Source: Anaeramoeba ignava BMAN (lineage: Eukaryota > Protista > Anaeramoebae). Taken from it: a stretch of DNA of 64,000 bases. A program made the position numbers and the translations under genes. The notes below the pieces were generated by a model, which was not told where the DNA came from, made no database searches, and worked only from the letters and a program-made list of their open reading frames with translations. Of this stretch, positions 48,729-58,271 are shown one piece after another; within the stretch, counting starts at the first letter, position 1, and each line of letters opens with the position of its first letter. The stretch spans positions 496,001 through 560,000 of the forward strand of contig JAPDFW010000147.1 of NCBI GenBank assembly GCA_028826165.1. The letters are read 5' to 3'.

Positions 48729-49949
48729 ATGAAAACAAAATCTCCAAAAAATCAAAATTTAAATTTAAATCAAAATCAAATTAAAAATGAAAATGAAGAT
48801 GAAAATAATAAAATGAAAATTGACCAATCAAAAAAAGAAAAGGAAAATTTAAAAAATAAATTGAAAAAATTAACAAAATCAAATCAAAAACGAAAGATAA
48901 AAAACCCACCAGAAAATTCTTTATTCGAGCAAAAAACCCAATCATTTCAAACAAATCAAAACAACTTTGAATTTGAACTTGAAACTCCAAAACGACCAAA
49001 ATTAGATCGAAGTTACAGTTTCTCAGGAAATAACTTCAAGACCTTCTTTCCTAATCAAATGCAGCAATATCCAACGTATCAGGAACCTTTTATATTTTAT
49101 ATGCAAGATCAAAATAACTTCAACCAACAAAATTCTTTTATTGATCCAAGATACCAATTTCCAAATAATTTCGCAAACACATTCACAAAATCTAAATCAG
49201 AATCAAATTTGCATCAAAACACCTTCAGAGAAGATTATTCAGGTCTTTCTTTCCTCTCCGAAATGGCAGCCAACTATCTCAATTATTATGAAGAAAAATC
49301 GAAGGAAATTGATCCTTTTGAAAATCAAAAATCAAATTCACAAAATTTTTCCGAAAAATTTTCACCTTCTTCGCCTCAACTATCTTTTCATTTAGTCGAT
49401 AATCCTCATCAACAAACAAGCCCTTTCGCTCAATTTTCGAACACTTTCTCAAATATAAATCCATTTGATCATTATCCAAATAATCAAATGCAAAACACGC
49501 AATTTTATCCATTTTCCAAAAATATTGAAAATGGAAATCAAATAGTTCGACCAAAAGCAGTTTATCAAAAAGAAACACAACAGAATAATTCCTTCTTGCC
49601 AAAAACAACCATCACAAAAGAGGAAATCGCCTCACTTCAAGTGGGAGATTGTGTTGGAATGAGAACTCATGGCGGTTATGAAATTTTTGCTACAATTAAA
49701 TCAATAATAAATCAAGGAAGTGATTTTCCAATGTTTTGCTCTGTTAAATGGCTTATTCCTAATAACGGAAATGAATTTGGAATAATTTCTCAAAATGGCA
49801 ATATTCACCAATTCAAAAATCCTTTTGTTAATGATTTTTTGATAGGTCAAGATGAACCAATTCCACAACCTTTAACTTGCATTACTCGTAAATTAGATTT
49901 CCGTTTTGAACCAAATTGGATTCCAAATAATCAACTAAAAGTGAATTAG
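48729..49949 (+). CDS. Low-complexity protein with a C-terminal GATAD1-type BAH-like domain; the true start probably lies upstream within or before the (AAAATC)n tract at about 47980-48300
   Basis: LQVGDCVGM...IFATIKSI...VKWLIP...FLIGQDEPIPQPL resembles, from memory, the GATAD1 C-terminal pattern IGD.V...YAQI...LTWLIP...IIGPEE..P. The reading frame continues upstream of 48729. Confidence 0.6.
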   Translation: MKTKSPKNQNLNLNQNQIKNENEDENNKMKIDQSKKEKENLKNKLKKLTKSNQKRKIKNPPENSLFEQKTQSFQTNQNNFEFELETPKRPKLDRSYSFSGNNFKTFFPNQMQQYPTYQEPFIFYMQDQNNFNQQNSFIDPRYQFPNNFANTFTKSKSESNLHQNTFREDYSGLSFLSEMAANYLNYYEEKSKEIDPFENQKSNSQNFSEKFSPSSPQLSFHLVDNPHQQTSPFAQFSNTFSNINPFDHYPNNQMQNTQFYPFSKNIENGNQIVRPKAVYQKETQQNNSFLPKTTITKEEIASLQVGDCVGMRTHGGYEIFATIKSIINQGSDFPMFCSVKWLIPNNGNEFGIISQNGNIHQFKNPFVNDFLIGQDEPIPQPLTCITRKLDFRFEPNWIPNNQLKVN

Positions 49950-50174
49950 GATCAATTTTGAATATTTCTTTTTTTCTTTTTTTCTTTTTTCTTTTTACTT
50001 TTCCAAAAACATTCTTAATTTCAAAATTCTCAAATTGAAAATAGGAAACAATTATTTGAATCAAGAAAAAATAATTTCAAAAAAAAAATGAATGAATGAA
50101 TAATTTGTTTGAAAGAAAAAAAAAAAAGATTTGAAATTTGAAATTTTGGATTTTATTTTAGTTTTCTTTTTGAA

Positions 50175-53100
50175 TTATTTTTTCTTTTTATTTTGTTTTT
50201 TTGATTTTGTATTTGATTTTGTATTTGATTTTATATTTGATTTTAATTTTGATTTTATATTTGATTTTATATTTGATTTTAATTTTGAATTTCTTGGTTT
50301 CTTTGTTTTTTGTGATAATTCATTTAAAGATTCATTTGAAATGGGAACAAATCGATTTAAAAGAGTTTGAACATGATCGAAATCAATAGTATTTTCAACT
50401 TCTTGAATTTGACTTCCTTCTTTTTCATTTGAAATTAAAAACAATTTAAAAGGACAATCATCCAAATTACGAATTAAATCTTGAACAAATTCTGAATCAT
50501 GAGTAATAAGTAAATATTGAAATTTCGGAATTTTTTGTGATTTAAATTGATATCTAATAATTTTGGATAAAGATTTAGCAAAATTGCTTTTGATTTCGAA
50601 ATCAAGATTTGCAGTAGGTTCATCAAGAGAAAGAACAGGAAAAAAAGGACAAAGAGATTCAGCAATAGCGATTCTTATTAAAAGAGAAGCAAGCATTTGT
50701 TGGCCTTGACTTGATTCCTTTTTAAAGTGTATTTCTGTGTTTTGAGCATAAGCAACAACTTCAAAAAGTGGTTGTTTAGTTGATTTAATATTTTGTGAAT
50801 CAAGTGGTTCAATTTTCAAATGTGTGATTCCTGTTGGATGATATGTTTTCCTCCACAACTTCTTCAGTTTTGCGTTGATATTGTGGAAAAATGTTGATTG
50901 ATAAGTCTGAATTGATTGTTCAAGTGTTTCTGTGAAAATTGTTAAGCTTTTTTTCAATTTTTCTGCGTTTTCAATAATTTTCATTTTTTTCTCAATTTTT
51001 TGTTCCACATTTTTATAAATTTCCAACTCTTGAGAAACAAGTGAGAATTTGTTTTGTAATTGATAATATTTTTCTTTGTTTTCTTCGTAATCTTCATTTT
51101 TGATATCTTCATATTCCAAAGTTTGTTTTTCTAAATTATCGATATCATTTTGGAATGTTTGAATTGTTTGTTCAATTTCATTGATTGATTTTATAGTTGT
51201 GTGATAATTCTTCTGGTAATAAAGGCTGTCTAATATATCTTCCTTCTGCTTTTTTTCAAACAGAAGTTGATTGTTTTTTGCTTCATATTCTTGTCTTTTA
51301 TTTTTTTCTTCTTGATCCAATAAACTTTTTAATTTTGTGAATTCCTCCATTTGCTGATTGAGAGTGTTTAATTTGGATTGTCGAGAACAAAAAACAATCT
51401 CATTAAATTGTGCCTTTATTTTCTCTAATTCTTGGTTGTTTTCACTTTTATAATTTTCTGTTTGTTGAATTTTTTGCATAATTTCGTCTAAATTTTTTTG
51501 CTTTTCTTCAAACTTAGAGTTCTTGAGTATTTCATTTAAAGAAATTAATTGGGATTCAATAGAATTCAAACGGTTTTCATTCTGTTGAATTTCGTTAAAT
51601 TTGCTTTTCATTTCTTCCAAATAACGAAAGTTTTTTTCAAATAGAGTTTTTCGATCTTCTTTTTGTTCTTGAGATAATTGAATAAAAATAACTCTTAAAT
51701 GATCCTTAAATTGGAAATTGATATTAAATAATTTTGATTGAAATTTTTGGATATTGGATAAATACATTTCAATGGATTTAACTCTGTCTTTTGTCAAACT
51801 ATGTGATATTTGGAGATGTTGTATTCTGCGAGTAATTTCATTGACTAAATCATTTTGCTCCTTTTCATTCATAAAATTTCTTGTGCAAATAACACATTTT
51901 TCTTGTGATTCATGAAGAATCTCGTTTAAAAAAACGGTTTTTGTTTGGTTGGTTTCTTTTTGTTGATATTTCCCAAGAATTTCTTGGAATTGCTGAACCT
52001 CAATATCAAATATGGGATCGAAATCCTCAATCATACTCAAAAGAAATCCTAAATATTGATTGATTTGATTTGGGTCGAGAAGTTGAATATCTTCATCTTG
52101 ATTGTTTTGGAAAAAGGCTTTCCACAAAACTTGAAGATCAAATTTTCCAAAATCAAGAATATCAATGAACCCAAGAACTTGCAAAAGAGTTGATATTATT
52201 GCAGATTGGTGTTGATTTTGTTGGAAATAATTTTGGATTTCATCTTTTTCTGCTTCAAGATGTTTTTTTTGTGAAGCATTGGAACGGAATTGCTCCATTT
52301 CTTTGTTGATTATCTGCTGTTTTTGAAATAACTGAAAACTTTCTTGATCAATTTTGATTTTTTCTTGTTGTAAGAAAGAAATTTTCTTTTGTGCCTCTTG
52401 TTTCGTTTCCTTCAAAATTTGTGTATTGTTTGCTAAATAAGAAGAAGTTGAAAAAATTTGAATTTGTTGATTTGTGAAATCGTTTTGATTTCTTCTGTTG
52501 ATTCTCTGCAATTTTTGATTAACAGTTCTGATTTCTCTATCATAATCATTCTTTTTGCCTGAAATGCGATTGATTTCTTGGAAGAAATTACTGTGTTCTT
52601 TCTGAATATTTTCTTCCAAAATTTGCTTTTCTTTTTTCATCTCTTCAATAGAATATTCCAAATTTGGTTCTGGATTAGTAATACGATATGGAATTTGTTT
52701 TTCAAGCTTGTTTTTTTGATCTTCAACAAGTTTTTTGTCACTTTTAATGCTCTGAATTTTCTTTTGAAGATCATCAAACGGTTTTAAACGGATTAATAAC
52801 TTGTCAATTCGATCAAATTCCTTCTCAAAAAATTCCTTTTCCATTTCCTTTTGTTTTTTTGTTGATTGTTTTTCCAAGAGTTTCTCAAGTTTTCTTTGCG
52901 CAGAATTTTGCTCCATCTCAATAGTTCTCCAAGGTTCATTTCGCTTGTTTTTAATATTATTTTCAAGTATTCTGTATTGGTTCACTTGAGGAACAAGTTG
53001 GAAATTTGTCCACATTGAACTAAATTCTGTAATAAAAAACCAAGTATTAAAAACTTGAGGAACAAACATAATGCTGTGCAAAACTGAAGAAGAAATTCCA

Positions 53101-53636
53101 AGATCCTTTTCTATATTTTCTTTCAAAATTTTTGAGGATTTATTCCATTTTGTGTCGTTGTTTTTTTTAAAAGTAAATTGTCTGTTTTCTTGTGAAAACC
53201 ATTCCAATTTTAAACGTAAAATATCTGCATCCTTTGAATTGTTTTTGTTTTCAAGTGATTTTCTTTTTTTAGAAGTGTTTTTTGTATTTGATTCCTTTTT
53301 CTCATTTTCAGTTTCAATTTGTGAAGAATTTTCATTATTTTGATTTTGATTTTGATTTTTATTTTCTTCCTGATTTTTGAATATTTTTAAAACAACTTTT
53401 GTTGTTGCTTTTTCTGCTTGTCTGTTAACTTGATGATATCTTTCTTTTTTGTCTTTTCTTTTTTCTATTTTTGCTGAAATGAGATATTTTAATGCTTCAA
53501 TTATTGATGATTTTCCTGATCCATTTTTTCCACATATTATTGTTAATGGTGCTTGAAAATTAATTGTTTGTGGATTTTCTCCATAAGATCTATAATTTTT
53601 AAGAGAAATTGATTGAAGAGCAAAAGGAGAATCCAT
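50175..53636 (-). CDS. RAD50: Rad50-like SMC-family ATPase
   Basis: LKNYRSY, Walker A GKNGSGKSS, Q-loop FVPQ, central CVIC zinc hook, signature SQGQQ, Walker B/D-loop LSLDEPTANLD, H-loop ITHD. Confidence 0.85.
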   Translation of the reverse strand: MDSPFALQSISLKNYRSYGENPQTINFQAPLTIICGKNGSGKSSIIEALKYLISAKIEKRKDKKERYHQVNRQAEKATTKVVLKIFKNQEENKNQNQNQNNENSSQIETENEKKESNTKNTSKKRKSLENKNNSKDADILRLKLEWFSQENRQFTFKKNNDTKWNKSSKILKENIEKDLGISSSVLHSIMFVPQVFNTWFFITEFSSMWTNFQLVPQVNQYRILENNIKNKRNEPWRTIEMEQNSAQRKLEKLLEKQSTKKQKEMEKEFFEKEFDRIDKLLIRLKPFDDLQKKIQSIKSDKKLVEDQKNKLEKQIPYRITNPEPNLEYSIEEMKKEKQILEENIQKEHSNFFQEINRISGKKNDYDREIRTVNQKLQRINRRNQNDFTNQQIQIFSTSSYLANNTQILKETKQEAQKKISFLQQEKIKIDQESFQLFQKQQIINKEMEQFRSNASQKKHLEAEKDEIQNYFQQNQHQSAIISTLLQVLGFIDILDFGKFDLQVLWKAFFQNNQDEDIQLLDPNQINQYLGFLLSMIEDFDPIFDIEVQQFQEILGKYQQKETNQTKTVFLNEILHESQEKCVICTRNFMNEKEQNDLVNEITRRIQHLQISHSLTKDRVKSIEMYLSNIQKFQSKLFNINFQFKDHLRVIFIQLSQEQKEDRKTLFEKNFRYLEEMKSKFNEIQQNENRLNSIESQLISLNEILKNSKFEEKQKNLDEIMQKIQQTENYKSENNQELEKIKAQFNEIVFCSRQSKLNTLNQQMEEFTKLKSLLDQEEKNKRQEYEAKNNQLLFEKKQKEDILDSLYYQKNYHTTIKSINEIEQTIQTFQNDIDNLEKQTLEYEDIKNEDYEENKEKYYQLQNKFSLVSQELEIYKNVEQKIEKKMKIIENAEKLKKSLTIFTETLEQSIQTYQSTFFHNINAKLKKLWRKTYHPTGITHLKIEPLDSQNIKSTKQPLFEVVAYAQNTEIHFKKESSQGQQMLASLLIRIAIAESLCPFFPVLSLDEPTANLDFEIKSNFAKSLSKIIRYQFKSQKIPKFQYLLITHDSEFVQDLIRNLDDCPFKLFLISNEKEGSQIQEVENTIDFDHVQTLLNRFVPISNESLNELSQKTKKPRNSKLKSNIKSNIKSKLKSNIKSNTKSNTKSKKQNKKKK

Positions 53637-53779
53637 TTTTAAAAAAAAAAGAAAAAATGAAAAATGAAAAATGAAAAATGAAAAATGAAAAATGAAAAAA
53701 AAATTTTATCTTTAAATACTTTTTTTTTCTTTCTTTTTTTTTTAATTTTAAAAATATCCACTTTTTTTCTTTTTTTAAA

Positions 53780-54725
53780 ATTTGAATTAAATATTGAATT
53801 GAATATTGAATTAAATATTGAATTGAATATTGAATTAAATATTGAATTGAATATTGGATTGAATTAAATATTAAATATTGAATTGAATATTGAATTGAAT
53901 ATTGAATTGAATATTGAATATTGAATTGAATTGAATTGAATATTAAATATTAAAATTGGATTAAATATTGAATTGGATTAAATTTGAATTGAATATTGAA
54001 TATTGAATTGAATTAAATTGAATTGAATTGAATATTGAATATTGAATTGAATATTGAATATTGAATTGAATATTGAATATTGAATTGATTGAATTGGAAT
54101 TAAATATTAAATATTGAATGAATTGGATTAAATATTGAATTAAATATTGAATTAAATATTGAATTAAATATTGAATTAAAAATATTAAATATTGAATTAA
54201 ATATTAAATTGAATTAAATATTTGAATTGAATTGAATAAAATATTAAATGCCAAAATTTGAATTAAATATTGAGTATTGAATTGAATATTAAATATTGAA
54301 TTGAATATTGAATATTGAATTAAATATTGAATTGAATTGAATATTGAAATGGCCAAATAATAAAATTGAATTGAATATTGAATTGAATATCGAAATTGAA
54401 TATTAAAATTAAATATTAAATATTGAATTAAATTAAATATTGAATTGAATATTAAATATTGAATTAAATATTGAATTGAATTGGATTGAATTGAATTGAA
54501 TTGAATATTGAATTGAATATTGAATTGAATATTAAATATTAAATTGAATTGAATATTGAATTGAATATTGAATTGAATATTGAAATTGAATATTGAATTG
54601 AATTAAATATTAAATATTGAATTAAATATTAAATTGAATTGAATATTGAATTAAATTGAATATTGAATTGAATATTGAATTAAATATTGAATTGAATATT
54701 AAATTGAATTGAATTGAATTGAATT
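53780..54725. repeat. Degenerate (AATTG/AATATTG)n array (AATTC-type on the minus strand)
   Basis: Direct observation. Confidence 0.85.
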
Positions 54726-54788
54726 AATTTATTTTTCATTTGAATTTTAATATTTTAATTGGTTTTAATTGGTTTTAATTGATTTTAA

Positions 54789-57700
54789 TTATTTGAATTG
54801 AATATTTTGATTATTTTTGGAAAAATTCTGAAATCCTCCATCATTTATTCCAAATGAAGAATTCGGAACAACACTATCTTCTTGTTTTTCATCATCAACA
54901 AAAATCCTTGGTTGTTCTCTTCTTGGATTAATTTGATGATCTTCTTGATTCAATAACTCTTTTTGATCTTGAATTTGATTATCAAATTGATCATTTTCTT
55001 GCTGATAAAAATCATCCTCTTGAGAATAAGAGGGAATAAAAGAATTGGGTGAATAAGAATCTCTATTTTCATTATTAGGAGGTAATTCTTCAAAATCAAA
55101 ATTCTGTTTGGGAAATTCATTTGAATAATTTTTTGTTTTTCTTTTAAAATTATTTTGAGGATATTTTTGTCTAAAATGTAATTCTTGATTTTGTGGATAA
55201 TATTCTGTTGGTTTTATATTTGGTTGTCGATATACTCTTTGAGCTCGATAATTTCTATTCGTAAAATTATTTTGATAGTGATTTTTAAATTGTGGATTCA
55301 TTTGAGCTTCTTTTTTTGGAAAATATCTTGGTCCTTGATTATGATATCTTTCGTTTTGATTTCGATAATTATATCTTTCTGATGGATGATAATAATGATG
55401 TTGATAATATTGTTGATTGTGATATCTTTGATTTTGTGGATAATAATTTTGTTGTTGATATTGTCGAAAATTGTGCTCTTTTTTGGGATTATTTTTTTCT
55501 CTTGAAATTTTGTTTTGATGAAAAAATTCTTCAATGACTTCCTCAAAAATAATCTTCATTAAATATGTTTGAATATCATTATCATTTCTTATTGAAAATA
55601 TTACCTCGTCTAAAACATCCATTTTCAATTCTTGTCTTAATTCTTGCTTTAATTCTTCTTTAATTTCTTCTTTTAAAGATTTTGCTTGAATATATGAATC
55701 TGATGTAAAAAAAGAATGAGAAACACCTTTTGCACCAGCACGAGCAGTTCTTCCAATTCTATGAATATAACTCTCATTTGAAACAGGAAAATCATAATTG
55801 ATAACATAGTTTAAATTAGGAATATCCCTAAAATAAAATAAAATAAGATTTGAATTTGTAAATTTTTAAATTTTTAAATTTTTCATCCAAAAATTATATT
55901 TATACAGTCCACGTCCAGCTACATCTGTTGCTACTAATATTGGATGATTTCCTTTTGTAAATTCTGATAATATCCATTCTCTTTCTAATTGTTTTTTTCC
56001 ACTATGAATTCCTAAACAAGCATATCCTTCTTTCCTTAAAATATTTGTTAATTCATCTGTTTTGGATATTGTTTCAGTAAATATAATAATTTTTTGATAT
56101 GTTTGAATTTTAGGAAGTAATTCAAGTAATTTCTTTAATTTTTCTGATTCATCAATTACTTCAACAATTTGTGTCACATTTTGAGTTGCTGATAATTTTA
56201 AACTTCCAATATTGCATTTAATTGGTAAATTTGGGAAAACTTCAAGTGCAAGTGTTTTAACTTCTTTAGGCCAAGTTGCACTAAACATTAATGTCTGTCT
56301 TTCTGGCCTAATTTCATTCACAATTCTTCGAACTTGTGGTTCAAATCCCAAATCAAGCATTTTATCAGCTTCATCCAAAACAAAATAAGTTACTCTTTCT
56401 AAACTGATAATATTATTATCTATAAAATCAATTAATCTTCCTGGTGTTGATACTACAATTTCTGCTCCTGCTTTTACTTTCTTGATTTGTGCTTGTCTTG
56501 ATATTCCTCCATAAACACAAATACTTCGAATATTCAAACAATTTCCAAAATTTTCACAAACACTTGTGATTTGTAATCCAAGTTCTCTTGTTGGTGTAAT
56601 AATAACAACAATAGGTCCTTTTCCTTGATTTAAAGGTGGTTGTGCTAAAATATGTGTTATTGCTGGAAGAACAAAAGTTAATGTTTTTCCTGTTTTTGTT
56701 TTTGAAATGATTAAAAATATAAATATAAATATAAATATAAACATAAATATAAATATAAATATAAATATAAATATAAATATAATTATAAATATAAATATAA
56801 ATATAAATATAAATATAAATATAAATATAAATATAAATATAAATATAAATATAAAAATATAAAATATAAATATCTATAAATATAAATATAAATTATAAAT
56901 ATAAATATAAATATAAATATAAATATAAATATAAATATAAATATAAATATAAATATAAATATAAATATAAATATAAAATATATAAATATAAATATAAATA
57001 TAATATATAAATATAAATATAAATATAAATATAAATATAAATATAAATATAAATATAAATATAAATATAAATATAAATATAAATATAAATATAAATATAA
57101 ATATAAATATAAATATAAATATAAATATAAATATAAATATAAATATAATTATAAATATAATTATAAATATAATTCTACTAACCACTTCCAGTTTCAGATA
57201 CCCCAATGAAATCATAACCTGATAAAATTGTAGGCCATCCTTGTGCTTGAATTGGTGTTGGTTCACTCCATTTTTTATTAATTAATAATTCATGAATTTT
57301 TTCAGGAAATGAAGTTTCATATTCAAATTTTGTAATTGGTTTTAATTTAGGAATTTGTTCATCTTTTTCAAATAAAAATGATATCATTTTTAATTTTTGA
57401 TATTCTTCAATTTCTTCTTCTTTCATTTCAGTTATTTTTGGATGTTCTTTATAAAAATTTTTTTCTAATTTAAAAGGAAGTGATTTAAATTTTTTAGGAT
57501 TATTTTGTTGGAAATCATTTTGTAAATCTGGAGATTCCCAAGAATCATCTGAATCTTGATTTTGATTTTGATTTTGATTTTTATTTTGATTTTGATTTTG
57601 ATTTTGATTTTGATTTTGATTTTGATTTTGATTTTGATTTTTATTTTGATTTTGATTTTGATTTTCAAATTGATTTTGATTTTGATTTTCATTTTGATTT

Positions 57701-58172
57701 TGATTTTGATTTTCATTTTCAAATTGATTTTCAAATTGATTTTGATTTTGATTTTGATTTTGATTTTGATTTTGATTTTGATTTTGATTTTGATTTTGAT
57801 TTTGATTTTCATTTTCAAATTGATTTTCATTTTCATTTTCAAATTGATTTTCATTTTCAAATTTTGATTTTGATTTTGATTTTGATTTTGATTTTCATTT
57901 TCATTTTCATTTTCATTTTCATTTTCATTTTCAAATTGATTTTCAAATTGATTTTCATTTTCATTTTCATTGATTTCTTGATCCCAATCATCTAATTCTT
58001 CTTGTTTATCTTTCCAATCCCAATCCCAATTTTTTGGTTGTTTCCATTTTGCAAATTTTTTATTTGTTTTAGAATCATTATCATTTGGTGAATTCCATTC
58101 AATAAATTCTTCTTTTTCTTGTTTTTCTTGTTTTTCTTGTTTTTCTTGTTTTTCTTGTTTTTCTTGTTTCAT
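54789..58172 (-). CDS. DEAD-box RNA helicase, Dbp2/DDX5/DDX17-like; introns 57182-56690 and 55905-55828
   Basis: Q motif [64 protein letters not shown]. Frameshift in the NQ tract near 57860; Q/N/Y-rich C-terminus. Confidence 0.92.
56715..57175. repeat. (ATAAAT)n microsatellite filling helicase intron 1
   Basis: Direct observation. Confidence 0.9.
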
Positions 58173-58271
58173 AATTTATATTTTATTTTTTTTTTTAAAA
58201 AGGAAAAAATGAAAAAAAATTTTTTAATTTTTTTTTTTAATTTTTATTTATTTATTATTTATTAATTTTGT

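Noticed and set aside
54789-58172. Inteins in the helicase or other large ORFs, considered because of the suspected lineage
   Set aside because: Helicase, Rad50 and TrxR motifs are normally spaced. No C...HN-C/S/T bounded insertion or LAGLIDADG blocks were seen. The HNC in the RasGAP lies within a PH domain.
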